NCBI GenBank assembly: GCA_963665665.1
Contig: OY762428.1
Coordinates: forward strand, 3,520,001 to 3,584,000
Origin: Candidatus Kapaibacterium sp.
GTDB taxonomy: Bacteria > Bacteroidota > Ignavibacteria > Kapaibacteriales > UBA2268
Direction of reading: 5' to 3'
DNA length: 64,000 bases
Positions 60,403 to 64,000 of this stretch are shown here, piece by piece. Below the pieces are notes generated by a model, which saw only the letters and a program-made list of their open reading frames with translations, was not told the DNA's origin and did not search any database. The translations under genes were made by a program, and so were the position numbers. Numbering within the stretch: the stretch's first letter is position 1; the number at the start of each line of letters is the position of its first letter.

Positions 60403-62013
60403 ATGACAAAGAACAGAAAATTGAAAGTTAAAGATATTGGAAATCCCAACCTGCTGCAGCTTGCGGAAATCAATCCTGATAAATTTTTCCCCTTGCCTGC
60501 TCCTTATGATAAGATAGAAGAACAGCCCGGATTTAATAAATTGAAAGATTCTGCCAGGGAAAAATATGACGGCAGTTTGGACGGAGTTATTGCGGTGGGA
60601 TTCGAACCTCCGAAAACAAAAGAAGAGGAAGATGAATTAGTTAAAAAATTTATCAGCGGGCTTGAAAAACTTTTCTCACGAAATAATAACTGGGCATTTC
60701 TGCAACCATTAACATTAAGTATGGAGCACTGTGCCAGATGCCAGACCTGTGTTGAGGATTGTCCGATATACGAAGGTAGCGGTTATAATCCCATATACAG
60801 GCCAACCTACCGTTCCGAAGTACTCAGAAGGCTGTATTTTAAATATGTAAAAAGTGGCAACTCACTTCTGAAAGCCTTCCAGAACGGAACTGTTGACCTG
60901 AATTGGCATACTATCGCCAGGCTTCTTGAATTAAGCTATCGCTGCACACTGTGCCGCCGCTGTGCACAGAGCTGCCCGATTGGGGTAGATAATGGATTAA
61001 TTACCCACGAACTTCGTAAGATGTTCAGTATGGAGATGGATCTGCATCCCAAGGAATTACATGAAAAAGGCACAATACAGCAGCTTGAAGTCGGTTCAAG
61101 TACCGGTATGAATGCAATAGTTGTTAAGGATAATATCGATTTTATCGATGAGGATATGACCGATATAACCGGAATTGAAGTGAAAACTCCCTGGGACAAA
61201 GAAGGCGCTGATGTACTACTTCTTCACAATGCCGGCGAGATTCTGGCATGGCCGGAAAATCCCGGAGCATTTGCAATACTTCTTGATGCAGCAGGTATAT
61301 CCTGGACAATGTCAAGCGAGAGTATTGGATTTGACGGCGTTAACTATGGACTTTTCTACGATGATGTTCAGCTTGCCAGGATAGCTAACCAGCATATTGA
61401 AATTGCAAAAAAGCTTGGAGTTAAAAAAGTTGTAATGGGTGAATGTGGCCACGAAAGCAAGGCACTTGGTGTTATATCCGACAGAATTACAGATACAGTT
61501 CCAAGGGAAACGGCCATGACTCTGATAAGAGATATCGTTTTCAGTGGCAAGATTAAGTTCGATCCGTCGAAAAATGATTTCCCTGTTACCTTGCACGATC
61601 CATGTAACCTGGTCAGGAATATGGGAGTAGTCGAACCCCAAAGAGAAGTTCTCCGTTATCTATGCCCTCAGTTCCGGGAAATGGAACCCCACGGGGTTAG
61701 GAATTACTGCTGTGGCGGTGGATCAGGATTCGCAATCATGTCCCCGCATAATTTCCAGGATTGGAGGATACAGGTAAGCAGCCGAACTAAGTTCAAACAG
61801 ATACTTGATTCCTTTGCAAACGAGGTTCCCGGGCCGGAAGTAAAGAAATACGTTTGTGCTCCATGCTCCAATTGTAAAGGCCAGATAAGGGATCTTTTTG
61901 ATTATTACGGCGCAAAAGAGAAATCAGGCCTTTATTACGGCGGTTTGGTTGAACTGGTTGTAAACGCAATGGTAGATATCAAGGATAAATTTATTGATTT
62001 TGATATGATGTAA
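60403..62013 (+). CDS. DsrK/HdrD-like Fe-S oxidoreductase
   Basis: CARCQTCVEDC, CTLCRRCAQSCP, GECGH, HDPCN, CCGGGSG, PCSNCK. Confidence 0.88.
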   Translation: MTKNRKLKVKDIGNPNLLQLAEINPDKFFPLPAPYDKIEEQPGFNKLKDSAREKYDGSLDGVIAVGFEPPKTKEEEDELVKKFISGLEKLFSRNNNWAFLQPLTLSMEHCARCQTCVEDCPIYEGSGYNPIYRPTYRSEVLRRLYFKYVKSGNSLLKAFQNGTVDLNWHTIARLLELSYRCTLCRRCAQSCPIGVDNGLITHELRKMFSMEMDLHPKELHEKGTIQQLEVGSSTGMNAIVVKDNIDFIDEDMTDITGIEVKTPWDKEGADVLLLHNAGEILAWPENPGAFAILLDAAGISWTMSSESIGFDGVNYGLFYDDVQLARIANQHIEIAKKLGVKKVVMGECGHESKALGVISDRITDTVPRETAMTLIRDIVFSGKIKFDPSKNDFPVTLHDPCNLVRNMGVVEPQREVLRYLCPQFREMEPHGVRNYCCGGGSGFAIMSPHNFQDWRIQVSSRTKFKQILDSFANEVPGPEVKKYVCAPCSNCKGQIRDLFDYYGAKEKSGLYYGGLVELVVNAMVDIKDKFIDFDMM

Positions 62014-62080
62014 GTAAATATTTGACATAACTTTTATATGATGTATGAATAATTATTCGTAATATTCCGGAGCTTTCGCT

Positions 62081-63901
62081 ATGGAGCATTTATTACAACT
62101 ATTGGAACAAAATTTATTGGAAGTAATTCCGTTCAATTGTGCAGTTATTGACCGGGATTATAATATTGTTCTGGCTAACCGGTTATTCAAAGATTATTTT
62201 GGTAATTGGAAATCAAGAAAATGCCACGAGGTTTGTAAGAAAACAGATCAGGTTTGCGCTGACTGCCGCGCTTCAGATGTATTCGAAAAAGGCGAAACTA
62301 TCATATCGGATGAATCAGGTGTTAACCGTGAAGGCCGCCCATGCCACTATGTTGTACAGCTAACACCCCTGAAAGATGATAACGGAATTGTCAGATTTGT
62401 TGTGGAAATGTCGCTGGATATTACTGTTGGGGGAGCATTCCAGAAAGAATACAACCTGCTGTTCGAAAGAGTTCCCTGCTACATTAGTATAATCGACAGA
62501 AATTTTAATGTTGTTAGGGCTAATGAAAAATTCAGGGAGAAATTTGGCGACGAAGGCCGGAATAAATGCTACAACCTGTACAAAAAAAAGGATACCCCAT
62601 GCTCTGAATGTCCGGCAGCAAAAACATTCAAAGACGGAAAAGAGCACATGGCTGAACAATCCGGTATATCAAAGGATGGTGAACTGACAAATTATCTTGT
62701 TACTACATCACCTTTATCAAAAAAGGATGAAGAAGTATCACTTGTTATTGAAATAGCAACTGATGTAACAGAAACTCATAAACTTCAAAGAGAAATTGCT
62801 TATACTCATGATTTCTACAGCAGCCTGATAAAAAATTCCACCGATGCTATAATCGCCATAGATAAAAGTGGTAAAACAAGCATTTTTAATCCTGCTGCTT
62901 CTGAGTTATTTAAATGGAAAAAAGAATCGAAACCTCAACTTCGGGATATCAGCCGGCTTCTTCCGGATTCTTTCTTTGAAAAATCAGGAAAGAATATCAC
63001 AAGTCCTATTGAAACATACATACACGATACAGACGACAACAGCCTTCCCGTTAGAATGAGCATGATGGACCTGAAAAATATAAATGATGAGATTGGCCGT
63101 GCTGCTTTCATTCAGGATTTAAGAGAAATAAAAAGCCTTGAAAAGGAAAAGCTTGATGCGGAAAGGCTCGGAGCCGTAGGAGAAACTGTTGCCGGTTTGG
63201 CCCATACAATTAAAAATTTACTAATGGGGCTTGAAGGCGGTATGTATATGGTTGATAGCGGGCTGCGTTCCGGAAATGCTGAACGTATAGTCAGCGGTTG
63301 GGACGTTTTGCAGAGAAATTTCAACAAAACTACTGCCCTTGTAAAGGATTTCCTGAATTTTGCCAAAGGCCGTTTGCCGGAGTTGAAACTTGTCAGCCCC
63401 GCTAAATTGATTAATGATATTGTTGAATTATATTATGATGCAGCCAAACAACAGGGAGTGGAACTTGTTGCTAAAATTGATGATAAGATTCCTGATGCCT
63501 GGCTTGACCCCGACGGAATTGAAGCATGCCTGACTAACCTTGTTTCCAACGGTATTGATGCTGCCATGATGGGTGAAAAATCAGAAAAAACAGTTGAAAT
63601 GAAAGTTCTCGATGATGGCAGCAACCTGATCTTTGAAGTGAAGGACAATGGAACGGGAATGGATTCAGAGGTAATACAAAAAGTATTTACTACTTTCTTT
63701 ACAACAAAAGGCAACAAAGGAACCGGCCTCGGGCTACTGACAACCAATAAAATAGTAAAAGAGCATGGCGGCAAAATTGAAGCCGAATCTAACCTGGGAT
63801 CCGGCTCTGTTTTCAGGATGAAATTCCCACTCATGATCCTGGAAATGCTGGCAGCCGAATCTGAGAATATTCAAAAAGGGAGAAACCATGAAAAAGATTG
63901 A
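62081..63901 (+). CDS. Multi-PAS sensor histidine kinase
   Basis: Three PAS-like segments; H-box LAHTIKN, N-box NLVSNGIDA, DNGTGM, FFTTK, GTGLGL. Confidence 0.93.
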   Translation: MEHLLQLLEQNLLEVIPFNCAVIDRDYNIVLANRLFKDYFGNWKSRKCHEVCKKTDQVCADCRASDVFEKGETIISDESGVNREGRPCHYVVQLTPLKDDNGIVRFVVEMSLDITVGGAFQKEYNLLFERVPCYISIIDRNFNVVRANEKFREKFGDEGRNKCYNLYKKKDTPCSECPAAKTFKDGKEHMAEQSGISKDGELTNYLVTTSPLSKKDEEVSLVIEIATDVTETHKLQREIAYTHDFYSSLIKNSTDAIIAIDKSGKTSIFNPAASELFKWKKESKPQLRDISRLLPDSFFEKSGKNITSPIETYIHDTDDNSLPVRMSMMDLKNINDEIGRAAFIQDLREIKSLEKEKLDAERLGAVGETVAGLAHTIKNLLMGLEGGMYMVDSGLRSGNAERIVSGWDVLQRNFNKTTALVKDFLNFAKGRLPELKLVSPAKLINDIVELYYDAAKQQGVELVAKIDDKIPDAWLDPDGIEACLTNLVSNGIDAAMMGEKSEKTVEMKVLDDGSNLIFEVKDNGTGMDSEVIQKVFTTFFTTKGNKGTGLGLLTTNKIVKEHGGKIEAESNLGSGSVFRMKFPLMILEMLAAESENIQKGRNHEKD

Positions 63902-64000
63902 AGAAACAAAGATACTCGTCGTTGATGATGAAGACGATGTAAGAAATTACCTCAGCGCTGCATTATCAGATGCAGGATTTATTATCAGCACCGCATCAGA
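63888..64000 (+). CDS. Response regulator receiver (partial, runs off the window end)
   Basis: MKKIEETKILVVDDEDDVRNYLSAALSDAGF..., overlapping the kinase stop. Confidence 0.88.
   Translation, partial: MKKIEETKILVVDDEDDVRNYLSAALSDAGFIISTAS

Overview
A gene-dense, moderately AT-rich chromosomal segment, most likely from an anaerobic or facultative Bacteroidota/Chlorobi-group bacterium (Ignavibacteria/Kapabacteria-like). This is inferred from six type IX secretion (T9SS) C-terminal domains, a gingipain-like C25 protein, a TonB receptor and a DsrMK-like pair. Housekeeping genes: gmk, tRNA-Pro(GGG), proS, alaS, menH, menB, pepD, aspA. Three features stand out. (1) A ~2.46 kb imperfect foldback structure (8584-11047). 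Each arm carries REP-like hairpin heads, then an indel-free 21-bp tandem array, then an extremely AT-rich segment that keeps the 21-bp register; a related locus lies at 20.7-22.4 kb. (2) An ECF sigma factor followed by a membrane-anchored anti-sigma-like protein that ends in a T9SS sorting domain, just upstream of an A-B-A-B array of T9SS cargo paralogs. (3) A diderm poly-gamma-glutamate locus (pgsB-pgsC-pgsW) with no capA/capD/capE, instead co-oriented with a T9SS gingipain-like protein carrying Glu at the catalytic His position, a Lys-rich two-domain exported protein, a likely outer-membrane beta-barrel and an LVIVD lipoprotein. Also present: a type IV toxin-antitoxin pair, an orphan UPF0175 antitoxin with a toxin stub, and several REP/MITE-like palindrome families. 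All calls come from reading motifs by eye; no database searches were run.
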